A stretch of 64,000 nucleotides of DNA from Chthoniobacteraceae bacterium (GTDB lineage Bacteria; Verrucomicrobiota; Verrucomicrobiia; Chthoniobacterales; Chthoniobacteraceae), in contig CANFTB010000008.1 of assembly GCA_947449735.1 (NCBI GenBank), positions 4,071 to 68,070 of the forward strand, written 5' to 3'. The notes under the pieces were generated by a model. That model saw only the letters and a program-made list of their open reading frames with translations. It did no database searches and was not told the origin of the DNA. This document shows positions 1-8,473 of this stretch, piece by piece (within the stretch, counting starts at the first letter, position 1; each line of letters starts with the position of its first letter). A program made the translations under genes and the position numbers.

Positions 1-1
1 G

Positions 2-1468
2 CTCAAGGCGTTCGGGTTCACCCCCCGGGAGGTCGGCATGCACTACGCCAAGTTCGCGCTGGTTCTCGTGTTGCTGGGCACCGCCCTGGGAACCGCGGGC
101 GGTCTCTATTTGGGCGAAAAGTTTGTGTGGCTGTACCACAGGTTCTTCAAATTTCCCGAACTCCCCTTCCACCCGGCGTGGCACGCCGTGGCCATCGCGT
201 TTTCAGCGAGCGCCGCCGCCTCGTTCGTCGGAGTCCTCGGAGCGGTCCGTCAGGCGGTGCGGCTCGCTCCGGCCCAGGCCATGCGCCCGGAACCGCCCGC
301 CTCCTTCCGGCCTTCCATCCCCGAACGCCTCGGGTTCGCGCGGACACTCCCCCTCCCCGTGCGCATGGCGCTGCGCAACATTGAACGCCGCCCCGCGCAG
401 GCGCTTTTCACCATGCTCGGCCTTGCGCTAGCGGCCGGGATTCCCGTCCTGCCCGGCGCCATGCGCGACGGCGTGGACCACCTGCTCTCCTTTGAATGGG
501 ACGTCGCCCAGCGCCAAAACGCCTCCGTAGGCCTGCGCGAGCCCGCGGGCGCGCGCGCGGCCCCCTCGCTTGCCGGACTTCCCGGCGTCCTCAAGTCGGA
601 GCCGTTCCGGATCGTCCCGGTGCGTCTCCGGTTCGGCCACCTTACGCGCCGTTTGGCGCTGACCGGTCTCGACCCGCAAGGCGTCCTCAACAGACCGCTG
701 GACGCGCGGGGCGAACCGGTCGGGGTCCCACCCTCCGGCATGGCCGTTTCAGCCAAGCTCGCGGAGGTTCTCGGGGCGAAACCGGGCGACCTTCTGCAAG
801 TGGAGATACTGGAGGGCAAGCGCCAGATCCACATGGTTCGCCTGGAGTCGCTCGTCACCGATTACGCGGGACTGAACGCCTACATGGGCGTCGAGGCGCT
901 GCACGCGCTTTTGCAAGAAGGCGGCACCGTCAGCGGCGCCCACTTTCAAGTCGACTCGAAGGACTGGGATGCGCTTTTCCACGCAATTAAAAACATCCCC
1001 GCCATTTCAGCCCTCCGCCTGAAAGAGGCCACCCGGACCAGCTTCAAACAGACCACGGCGGAAAGCATCAATGTGCTGCAGATGCTCTATTTCAGCTTCG
1101 CCGTCGTGGTCGCCTTCGGCGTGGTCTACAACAGCGCGCGCATTGCGCTTTCGGAACGCGCCCGCGACCTCGCGACCCTCCGCGTGCTGGGGTTCAGCCA
1201 CGGCGAAGTCGCAGCCGTTCTTATCGGCGAACTGGCACTGCTCACCCTCGTCGCCCTCCCGGCGGGACTCGCCCTGGGGAGCGCCCTCGCGCGCCTGATC
1301 ATTTCCAGCGTCAACACCGAGAGCGTGCGGCTGCCGCTGGTTTTGACCTCGAACAATTTCACCACGGCCGCCACCATCGTCACGGCCGCCGCCGCCCTCT
1401 CCTTCACCCTTGTGACACGTCAAATCCGCAAACTCGACCTGCTCTCCGTTCTCAAGGCGGCGGAATAA
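2..1468 (+). CDS. ABC transporter permease, FtsX/MacB-like (5' end lies outside the window)
   Basis: The reading frame is open from base 2 (LKAFGFTPREVG... is a typical FtsX segment), so the listed Met at 38 is internal. A large periplasmic-type domain is followed by a C-terminal FtsX 4-TM block (LRVLGFSHGEVAAVLIGE...). An HlyD adaptor gene follows. Confidence 0.8.
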   Translation, partial: LKAFGFTPREVGMHYAKFALVLVLLGTALGTAGGLYLGEKFVWLYHRFFKFPELPFHPAWHAVAIAFSASAAASFVGVLGAVRQAVRLAPAQAMRPEPPASFRPSIPERLGFARTLPLPVRMALRNIERRPAQALFTMLGLALAAGIPVLPGAMRDGVDHLLSFEWDVAQRQNASVGLREPAGARAAPSLAGLPGVLKSEPFRIVPVRLRFGHLTRRLALTGLDPQGVLNRPLDARGEPVGVPPSGMAVSAKLAEVLGAKPGDLLQVEILEGKRQIHMVRLESLVTDYAGLNAYMGVEALHALLQEGGTVSGAHFQVDSKDWDALFHAIKNIPAISALRLKEATRTSFKQTTAESINVLQMLYFSFAVVVAFGVVYNSARIALSERARDLATLRVLGFSHGEVAAVLIGELALLTLVALPAGLALGSALARLIISSVNTESVRLPLVLTSNNFTTAATIVTAAAALSFTLVTRQIRKLDLLSVLKAAE

Positions 1469-1527
1469 GCCGCGACAAAACCCAACCGACCCCCGGCATT
1501 TCCACCGAACGCCGGCCACCCGCTTTC

Positions 1528-2742
1528 ATGGCTTCCTCAAACGTCACCCCTCCCCCCGGCAAAAAGCCCAGGCTGCGTTTTCTACGCTGGCTCGCCGGCC
1601 TCGCCGTGGTGACCGCCCTCGCCATCGGCTTCCGGAAACAACCGCTCCCTGTCGAGACCGCTACCGCCCGGCGCGCGCCGATGGACGTCTCCGTTCTAGA
1701 AGAGGGCAAGACCCGCATTCGCAACCGCTACATCATTTCGCCGCCCCTAGCGGGGCTTGTGCGCCGGACCACCCTGCGCGCAGGCGACCGCGTGGAAGCG
1801 AACCGCACCGTGGTCGCCATCATGGACCCGAGCCCCTCGGAGTTGCTCAGTCCTCGAAACCAAAGCCAGGCGGAGGCCCGCGTGCAATCCGCCTCGGCCG
1901 CCCTCCAGCAGCGGGAGGCTGAGGTCGCGAGCACCGCCGCCGCGGCGGACCTTGCAAACCGCGAAAAAGCCCGCACCGAATCGCTCGCCGGCTCGGGCGC
2001 CATCTCGGAAAAGGAACGCGACGCGGCGGACCTCACCGCAACCATCCGGGGACGCGAGTGGAAAGCCGCCGAGTTCGGCCGGGACATCGCCCGCTACGAA
2101 CTCGCCCAGGCGGAGGCTGTCCTCCAGAACAGCTCCGCGGGCAGCACACCGGTCGAAATCAAGGCGCCCGTGAGCGGCATGGTGCTCAACGTGTTCGAGG
2201 AAAACACCCGCACCGTCGCCCCGGGGACACCTCTCCTGGAAGTGGGAGACCCGTCTGAAATTGAGGCGGAAATCGAAATGCTCTCCACCGATGCGGCAGG
2301 AGTGCAACCCGGCGCCCCCGTCCTCGTGGAGCGCTGGGGCGGACCGGCTCCCCTGCAGGCGAGGGTGCGCCTCGTGGAACCGGCTGCTTTCACCAAAACG
2401 TCCGCACTCGGCGTCGAGGAACAACGCGTGCGCGTTCTTGCGGACTTTACCTCCCCCCTGCCGGACAGCCCGAAACTGGGCGACCGCTACCGTATCGAAG
2501 GCCGGGTCCGGATCTGGCACGCGGACAGCGCCCTCCAGATCCCTTCGGGAGCGCTGTTCCGGCGGGGAACCGTCTGGAACTGCTTCACCGTCGAAGGAGG
2601 CATCGTGCGCCTGAGGGAATTGCAGGTGGGCCACCAAAACGGAAGCGCTGCGGAAATTCTCTCCGGACTGGCGGAGGGCGAATCCGTCGTGCTGCACCCG
2701 CCGGACGCCGTACACGAGGGACTCCGCGTGCGCCTGCGCTGA
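1528..2742 (+). CDS. HlyD family efflux transporter periplasmic adaptor subunit
   Basis: 404 aa with an N-terminal TM anchor, a coiled-coil A/E/R-rich middle, and beta-barrel motifs (IKAPVSGMV, LLEVGDP, GESVVL). It lies directly downstream of the FtsX permease. Confidence 0.8.
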   Translation: MASSNVTPPPGKKPRLRFLRWLAGLAVVTALAIGFRKQPLPVETATARRAPMDVSVLEEGKTRIRNRYIISPPLAGLVRRTTLRAGDRVEANRTVVAIMDPSPSELLSPRNQSQAEARVQSASAALQQREAEVASTAAAADLANREKARTESLAGSGAISEKERDAADLTATIRGREWKAAEFGRDIARYELAQAEAVLQNSSAGSTPVEIKAPVSGMVLNVFEENTRTVAPGTPLLEVGDPSEIEAEIEMLSTDAAGVQPGAPVLVERWGGPAPLQARVRLVEPAAFTKTSALGVEEQRVRVLADFTSPLPDSPKLGDRYRIEGRVRIWHADSALQIPSGALFRRGTVWNCFTVEGGIVRLRELQVGHQNGSAAEILSGLAEGESVVLHPPDAVHEGLRVRLR

Positions 2743-2786
2743 ACGAACGCTGCGCACTAAACCCAGCCGAGGGATTAGGTAAAAAG

Positions 2787-2887
2787 AGATCTCACGCGGA
2801 ACCGCGGAGGCGCGGAGAAAATTCACGGAACAAACTCAATCAAAACCTTTTACCCCTCCGCGGCTCCGCGACTCCGCGTGAACTTCC
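2787..2887. repeat. Intergenic inverted-repeat element, copy 1 (inverted relative to copies 2 and 3)
   Basis: Left arm TCACGCGGAACCGCGGAGGCGCGGAG (2792-2817) and right arm CTCCGCGGCTCCGCGACTCCGCGTGA (2856-2881) form an imperfect inverted repeat around an AT-rich centre. The same termini recur at 15998-16097 and 28624-28726. Confidence 0.8.
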
Positions 2888-2896
2888 GTTTCCCGC

Positions 2897-3724
2897 TCAA
2901 GACGCGGGCGTGATCCCCGCAAAGTGATGCAGGGCGTCCGTCCCGCGAGAATCCGCCTGCCAGCGCAGATGGCCCGCGATTGCGCGGCTCACAAACTTTT
3001 TAGAACGGGCAACCGCCTCCTCAAGACTGCGGCCGAGTCCGAGTTCGGAGGCAATCGCCGCCGAGTAGGTGCAGCCGGTCCCGTGGGTGGAAACACCCCG
3101 CACAAAAGGCGCTTCAAACCAGTACTCCCGGCCGTCGGCCAGCACCAGAAGATCGGCCGCGCTGTCCTCCTTCAGGTGCCCGCCCTTCATCAAAATCGCG
3201 GTCTCATAGCGCCTGGCCAGAAGCCGGCCGGCCTCGCACATGGCGTCCCGGCTGCCGATGTTTTCCCCAACCAAAACCGCAGCCTCGTCCAAGTTCGGGG
3301 TGATCAGGCTCGCCATGGCCAGCAGTTCCGACTGGTAAACCTCCAGGGCCTCAGGTTCCAACAGCCTCGCGCCGGAGGTCGCCACCATGACCGGATCCAC
3401 CACCAGCGGAACCGGACCGAACTTGGCGGCGGCGGCCCTCAACGACTGCACCACCGCCCGGAGTATGTCCGCGGAATACAGCATTCCCGTCTTCACCGCC
3501 CTCACTGGGAAGGCTTCAAAACACAGGCGCACCTGCTCAGCCACGAGTTCCGGCTCCATCCCGCGGATGGCGCTGACATGGCCCGGAACTTCCGCCACCA
3601 CGCACGTGACGGCCGTCAACCCGTACACCCCGAGCGCGCTCATGGTCTTCAAATCCGCCTGGATTCCGGCTCCGGCGCTGTTGTCGGAACCGGCGATGCT
3701 GAGGACAGGGGGTAAACTGTGCAT
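2897..3724 (-). CDS. thiD: Hydroxymethylpyrimidine/phosphomethylpyrimidine kinase
   Basis: Has SIAGSDNSAGAGIQADLKT near the N-terminus and the C-terminal GTGCTYSAAIA motif typical of ThiD. I prefer the MHSLPP start at 3724 over the ORF maximum at 3790. Confidence 0.85.
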   Translation of the reverse strand: MHSLPPVLSIAGSDNSAGAGIQADLKTMSALGVYGLTAVTCVVAEVPGHVSAIRGMEPELVAEQVRLCFEAFPVRAVKTGMLYSADILRAVVQSLRAAAAKFGPVPLVVDPVMVATSGARLLEPEALEVYQSELLAMASLITPNLDEAAVLVGENIGSRDAMCEAGRLLARRYETAILMKGGHLKEDSAADLLVLADGREYWFEAPFVRGVSTHGTGCTYSAAIASELGLGRSLEEAVARSKKFVSRAIAGHLRWQADSRGTDALHHFAGITPAS

Positions 3725-3819
3725 GCTCCAGAATACCCCCGATGGTGGGCCCTCGCGCAAGCAGGGACGGCCGCCCGTTTGACCGTGCACTTTCCGGTGG
3801 TCTGTGGCAGATCTTGCCC

Positions 3820-4218
3820 GTGATTCTTCAACTGGATGGATTGCGGGTCACCGTAGACCGCGTTGTATATGTGCCGCATCTGGACGCCCCGCCGGACCGG
3901 CCGTTCCCGTTTGTCTATTTTTTAACCATCCACAACGGCTCCGCCAAAACAGTCACGATCAAGGGCCGCAAATGGGTGGTCACCGATTCAAAAGGGGACC
4001 GCATCGTGGTGGAGGGAGACGGGGTGGTGGGAAAGTTTCCCCGTCTCGAGCCCGGCGAAAGCTTTTCGTACAACAGCTACCACGTCACAAACAGCGACAG
4101 CATTGCCGAGGGCGCGTTTCTGGGGCTGACAGAGGAAGGCGAAGCCGTGTTCACGCGCATCCCGCCCTTCAAACTGCACGTCCCTGACGGTCCCGTCGAA
4201 GACGACATTTCGTTTTAG
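3820..4218 (+). CDS. apaG: ApaG (DUF525) protein
   Basis: Shows the ApaG pattern: VTVDRVVYVPHLDAPPDRPFPFVYFLTIHNGS...GRKWVVTDSKG...VEGDGVVG..P.L.PGESFSY.S. A GTG at 3820 gives about 132 aa, the usual size; the ORF maximum begins at 3742. Confidence 0.75.
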   Translation: MILQLDGLRVTVDRVVYVPHLDAPPDRPFPFVYFLTIHNGSAKTVTIKGRKWVVTDSKGDRIVVEGDGVVGKFPRLEPGESFSYNSYHVTNSDSIAEGAFLGLTEEGEAVFTRIPPFKLHVPDGPVEDDISF

Positions 4219-4264
4219 GGCGCTGAAGCGCCGTCCGTCAGGTCGCCGCGACCGGTCCTCTCGC

Positions 4265-6433
4265 CTATTGCGGCGGAGGAACGTACCCGGGATCCCCCGG
4301 CTTCTTCTTTTTCACAGGAACCTGTCCCTGGGACGGACTTGCAGGCACCGTGGAAAGGGCGGCGCCGCTTGAGGCAGGCGCGGCTGCCGGTCCGGCTGCA
4401 GGCGCGGAAGGTCTGAGTGCCTGGCCCCCCGCAAAACCACTCGGAACCGCCGACGGCTGCGCACCCCGGGTGAAAGGCTGCGGCTGGGAGACCGATTGTG
4501 GAACCACGGAGGGTTGCACCTGCGTTCGGGGCGTGGGCGCAGGAGCTGGGATCACGGAAAAGCTCGCCCCGCTGGACGACGCCGGTTGGACAGGCGCCTG
4601 CACCTGCGGCTGGGACACCGGCCGCCTTTGAGCGGAAGGAACCGACACGCCCCCAATGACTCCGGGCTGGGTCAACCCGGATTGAGGCTGAGGCGTAAAA
4701 GTGGTAACGGGCTGCGGGGTCAAGCCAGTGGTTTGGGCGGGAAAGCCAGTCACGGCGGGAGGCTGTGCTCCACTGACAGTGGGCACTGCCTGCGTCTGTG
4801 GCAGAGGATTGGTGCGCTTCCTGATCGGAAAAGTCTGAGGCACGCCCGGCGCCGCTCCGACGCTTCCCGTTGGCGGCTGCTGTGCAACGGTCGGCTGCTG
4901 TGCAATGGGCGGCTGCGACGTGCCCGGCGCCGGCGAGGGAACCTGCGAGGGAGATAGAGGACGAGTAAATGCCTGGGAGCTGGGGCTTGGTAAATTTCCA
5001 GAAGGAGAGCCCCCGGCAACGCCCGGGTTTGGCACGCCGCCGGGAGCGCCGATCGGCACGCTGGGAAGGCCGGCACCAGAAGGAAATCCAGAGGGACGGC
5101 TTGCCGCAGAAACCGGTGCCGGTGCCGTGCGGGGAGAAGACTGAGCCCCTGTCTGGGCCGGCGCTGCGGTCGGAGATTGCGGCGAGACAGGAAGCACCCT
5201 TTGAACAGCCGGAGGCGTCGCCCCCTGGCCGGCCGGAGCAGGGCTCGAAGGACGCCGGTCAAAGATCAGCCCCGGCGCGCCCCCCGCAACAGGCCCCGAA
5301 GCCGGAGCGGCTGACGGGTTGGATGGAGCCTGCGAAGTTTGAGGCCTGCCTTGAACCGGCCGGCGTCCTTGATTCTCCGCAAAGCCCGGGACGAACACGT
5401 TGGGACTTGCTGCCTTTCCCCGGTTTGCCACCTCGGAATAGGCCGCCTGCCTTTCCTGATTCGTCACAACCTGAATCTGCACCTCGGCGCTTCTGGCCCC
5501 AATCGCCGCCATGCCGCGCGATTGCCCGGACTGGCGAGCCTCCCACTCCCGGTCGTAGTGGGAGCGCAACCGTTCGTTGGCCGAGGTGTCTCCGTACCAC
5601 CCCTTGGAAAGGGCCACAGATACAGGTTGGACCCTGTGATTCCGGTAGGTTTCGCCAAGTTCCACCCGCCGGGGTCCCGGCAGCACAAGCATGTCCTCAA
5701 ATACAAAACCCATCGCAGCGCCGTATTCCCCACCAACCTTCAGGCCGTAGTAGTTCCTCACATTCTCCTCCCGCACCAACCGTAGCACGGGAACTTCAAA
5801 CGCGGAGGTCTCCCGCACCCAGCGGTACTGCGGCCCTCCGCAAAACACGCCACGACCGTTGTCCACAATGTTGGTCACGTTGTGGGTCTCCAGCATGATC
5901 TTCAAGTTTCTGCTAGGCCGGAACAAAACGCTGGAGACAGCCGGCGAGCAAAAGTCGCGCACCCCGCAAAAACGGTAGTACGCGGGCCCGATTTCGGTGT
6001 GCACATCCACCCAGTAACCGATCCCGTGCTTAGAGTGCCACACCGCTTCCGGCGGCAGCGGTGCCCACCCGATGTTTTCACCGCTGACCCTCCACGAAAC
6101 CCAGGCGGGCCCCCAGTCGGAACCGGGCACCCAGCACCATCCGACGTCGGTGAGCAGCCAGCGTCCGTAGTGGAAGACGATGTTCCCGAAGGGCTCGTGG
6201 CTGATCCAGGTCCAGCCTGAATCCGTGTACACCCAATTCCCCACAGTGTAAGGCGCCCACCCCTCCTCGACGTCGGGCTTCCAAACCGGCCCGTAACGCT
6301 CCACCTGCAGCCAGTCGCCGTGAGGAGCGAGGGCTTCTTCAAAAAAAGAGAAATCCGAAATCTGGGCGCCGGCCCCTTGCGGAAATGCCGCCGCGGCCAT
6401 CACGACACACACCGCCGGAAAAATGTTTCGCAT
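4265..6433 (-). CDS. Secreted Trp-rich-domain protein with a long Pro/Ser/Gln/Ala-rich low-complexity C-terminal tail (DUF6600-like; family name unverified)
   Basis: Signal peptide MRNIFPAVCVVMAAAAFPQGAGA. W-rich block WAPYTVGNWVYTDSGWTWISHEPFGNIVFHYGRWLLTDVGWCWVPGSDWGPAWVSWR. About 390 aa of P/S/Q/A/T-rich sequence ends in KKKKPGDPGYVPPPQ. A paralog lies at 36414-37622. Confidence 0.7.
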   Translation of the reverse strand: MRNIFPAVCVVMAAAAFPQGAGAQISDFSFFEEALAPHGDWLQVERYGPVWKPDVEEGWAPYTVGNWVYTDSGWTWISHEPFGNIVFHYGRWLLTDVGWCWVPGSDWGPAWVSWRVSGENIGWAPLPPEAVWHSKHGIGYWVDVHTEIGPAYYRFCGVRDFCSPAVSSVLFRPSRNLKIMLETHNVTNIVDNGRGVFCGGPQYRWVRETSAFEVPVLRLVREENVRNYYGLKVGGEYGAAMGFVFEDMLVLPGPRRVELGETYRNHRVQPVSVALSKGWYGDTSANERLRSHYDREWEARQSGQSRGMAAIGARSAEVQIQVVTNQERQAAYSEVANRGKAASPNVFVPGFAENQGRRPVQGRPQTSQAPSNPSAAPASGPVAGGAPGLIFDRRPSSPAPAGQGATPPAVQRVLPVSPQSPTAAPAQTGAQSSPRTAPAPVSAASRPSGFPSGAGLPSVPIGAPGGVPNPGVAGGSPSGNLPSPSSQAFTRPLSPSQVPSPAPGTSQPPIAQQPTVAQQPPTGSVGAAPGVPQTFPIRKRTNPLPQTQAVPTVSGAQPPAVTGFPAQTTGLTPQPVTTFTPQPQSGLTQPGVIGGVSVPSAQRRPVSQPQVQAPVQPASSSGASFSVIPAPAPTPRTQVQPSVVPQSVSQPQPFTRGAQPSAVPSGFAGGQALRPSAPAAGPAAAPASSGAALSTVPASPSQGQVPVKKKKPGDPGYVPPPQ

Positions 6434-6629
6434 AATGATCTGGGGTATTCTGCCTGCCTCCTGCCGCCCGTGCTTCAAAATTCTAGCACAAGAACGCTTA
6501 AACGGCCACAATCAAAGCATCTTGTCCGCGTTCCAACCCGGGCGTCCACGGGGTCATCGATGGAGTTTGCCTCTAGAAATGCAAAACAAGGTTGCACTTC
6601 CGGGCAAAACCAGTACCCTCCTCGGCCCC

Positions 6630-6839
6630 ATGCCTAAGTCCATTGCACGTCGAAAGACAAAGAAAGCCGTGGCCAAGCGGTTTAAATTGACCGCCTCGGG
6701 CAAGTTGCTGCGCCGTAAACCGGGTCTGCGCCACTTAGCGTCCTCAAAAAACGCCAAGCGGAAGCGGAATCTGGGTAAGGCCGGCCTCGTGCACGAGACC
6801 ATGGCGGCCCGAATCAAGGAGTGCATGCCCTTCGCGTAA
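6630..6839 (+). CDS. rpmI: 50S ribosomal protein L35
   Basis: MPKSIARRKTKKAVAKRFKLTASGKLLRRKPGLRHL... is a canonical L35 sequence (69 aa). The ATG is at 6630 inside a longer listed ORF. Confidence 0.9.
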   Translation: MPKSIARRKTKKAVAKRFKLTASGKLLRRKPGLRHLASSKNAKRKRNLGKAGLVHETMAARIKECMPFA

Positions 6840-6890
6840 GCGAGCGGCCCTCCTCGACCGAGCCTCCATAGGCCATCCGTCCCAAGCGTC

Positions 6891-6939
6891 TGTCCGGTCC
6901 CACCTGCTCTGCAGGGCAACCCGGACACCTCAGCAGGTG
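6891..6939 (+). promoter_or_regulatory. Candidate H-type RNA pseudoknot in the rpmI-rplT spacer (possible L20 autoregulatory site)
   Basis: TGTCCGG (6891-6897) pairs with CCGGACA (6921-6927). CACCTGCT (6901-6908) pairs with AGCAGGTG (6932-6939). The strands are interleaved S1-S2-S1'-S2', and both stems are perfect. Confidence 0.4.
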
Positions 6940-7000
6940 AGGCGCCGGACATTCACTGGAGAAAACAATCTGCTGAATCGAAAATAACTAAACTGATCCT

Positions 7001-7384
7001 ATGCCAAGAGCCACAAACGGCCCAGCGAGCCGGGCCCGCCGGAAGAAGACGATCGAGAAAGCCTCAGGCTTCCGCGGACGCCGTTCCAAACTGTTCCGGT
7101 ACGCCAAGAACGCCATCATGAAGGCCCAGTACTGGGCCTACCGCGACCGCAAAACCCGCAAGCGCAACTTCCGCATGCTCTGGCAGCAGCGTATCAATGC
7201 CGCGGCCCGCGCCCACGGTCTCACTTACAGCCGTTTCATCGAAGGGCTGAAAGCTTGCGGGATTGACTTGGACCGCAAAGTCCTCTCAGATATCGCCATT
7301 AACGACGAAGGTGCCTTCAAGGTGCTGGTAGCAAAGGCCCAGGCGGCCCTCGCTTCCAAGCCCGGAGTCCCCAAGGCGGCGTAA
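7001..7384 (+). CDS. rplT: 50S ribosomal protein L20
   Basis: MPRATNGPASRARRKKTIEKASGFRGRRSKLFRYAKNAIMKAQYWAYRDRKTRKRNFRMLWQQRINAAAR... is a canonical L20 sequence. Confidence 0.92.
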   Translation: MPRATNGPASRARRKKTIEKASGFRGRRSKLFRYAKNAIMKAQYWAYRDRKTRKRNFRMLWQQRINAAARAHGLTYSRFIEGLKACGIDLDRKVLSDIAINDEGAFKVLVAKAQAALASKPGVPKAA

Positions 7385-7414
7385 GCGGTCTCTACCCTTT
7401 CCCTCCCAACCTAC

Positions 7415-7458
7415 AAACGCCCCGGAGGCCTTTCGCTTCCGGGGCGTTTGCCTTTTTA
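7415..7458 (+). terminator. Rho-independent terminator after rplT
   Basis: A perfect 12-bp stem, AAACGCCCCGGA (7415-7426) with TCCGGGGCGTTT (7438-7449), has an 11-nt loop and is followed by GCCTTTTTA. It sits between convergent genes. Confidence 0.8.
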
Positions 7459-7464
7459 GCGGTC

Positions 7465-8229
7465 TTAGTCCTCGGAAAACGCCCCGGCCCCCTTCCACTC
7501 GGCGATGCGACCGAGGAACGCGGCGACGCCCCGGGCGTAGCATTCAAAAAGGTGCTCACCCTTTTCAGGCGCGGCGTGGCGCGGCGCCCCGATGTGGCCG
7601 AGAGTGGTGCGGTCGTCGGTGATCCAGCCGCGGTAGGCGGGCTCGAAGGCGAAGCCGGCGGGGACGTCCGGAAGTTCAGCGACGGGGCCGACAAGCTCGG
7701 GACGGATGGCCTGAATCATCGAGGTCTCCCATTCGCACGCGTGGCCCATGTAATTTTGAACCAGATCCCCGCGCGTCTCCCCGGGCTTGGCATGATCCCA
7801 ATAGGTGGTGAAGAGCAGGAGAAGATCGTCCCGCTGGCGATAGCGCTGGCGAGTCTCGAACACCGCCTGCCGCCCCGGAATGTCGTTTCCGCCGTGACCG
7901 TTGAGAAAGACAATGCGCCGGAATCCGTGCTGGATCGCGTTGTCCATGAGCCGGTTTAACAAATCAATGTACCCGCGGGGGTCGGCAGACAGCGTGCCGG
8001 AAAAGTGCAGGTGATGGTCGGAGTTGCCGAGCCACTGCAGGGGAGCAAAAAGCGCGCTCCCGGACGGCAGCAGGAGCTGCACCCGGCGGACGACCTCGGC
8101 AAGCAGCATACTGTCCGTAGCGACGGGGAGATGATGCCCGTGCTGCTCGATGGCCGCGACGGGAAAGACAATCGGCGTATCCGGAGCGAGGGACGAGATG
8201 CGGGGCCAGGGAAGGTCGGTAAGATTCAT
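7465..8229 (-). CDS. Creatininase family amidohydrolase
   Basis: Has PVAAIEQHGHHLPVATD and FLNGHGGN motifs characteristic of the creatinine amidohydrolase family. I prefer the MNLTDLPWP start at 8229; the ORF maximum is 8313. Confidence 0.75.
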   Translation of the reverse strand: MNLTDLPWPRISSLAPDTPIVFPVAAIEQHGHHLPVATDSMLLAEVVRRVQLLLPSGSALFAPLQWLGNSDHHLHFSGTLSADPRGYIDLLNRLMDNAIQHGFRRIVFLNGHGGNDIPGRQAVFETRQRYRQRDDLLLLFTTYWDHAKPGETRGDLVQNYMGHACEWETSMIQAIRPELVGPVAELPDVPAGFAFEPAYRGWITDDRTTLGHIGAPRHAAPEKGEHLFECYARGVAAFLGRIAEWKGAGAFSED

Positions 8230-8473
8230 AAGACGCTCTTTCAACAAAAGGCTGTCACGCATGCAGCCGTCCGTAAAGGTCCTCCACGTCAGACTTCTGC
8301 AAGCGGCCGGCAAGCCGTGAAAGGTTGGTGCGCGGACATCTCAACAGGTGAAAGACCTCGCCCTGTCGCACCAAATATTTTCAACTCTGCGTCCGCGCCT
8401 GCCGTCGCCGGGATCTTCACCGATTTGAAGGCGCCTCCTTTTTGACCCCAGCCATTACGTCCTTCCGCAATCC

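Noticed and set aside
1747-2826. Long antisense or overlapping ORFs throughout the six-frame track. Examples: 250-858 (-), 1747-2826 (-), 12436-13629 (-), 15019-16167 (+), 16367-17404 (+), 20556-21707 (+), 27476-28447 (+), 30377-31549 (+), 33686-35038 (+), 44557-45582 (+).
   Set aside because: They overlap genes that have clear family motifs. Their products are Arg/Pro/Gly/Ala-rich with no recognisable domains, which is the expected behaviour of shadow frames in ~65% GC DNA.
3725-3819. Possible TPP riboswitch upstream of thiD
   Set aside because: The spacer is only ~95 nt and lacks the CUGAGA / ACCUGAUCUGGAUAAUGCCAGCG-type cores.
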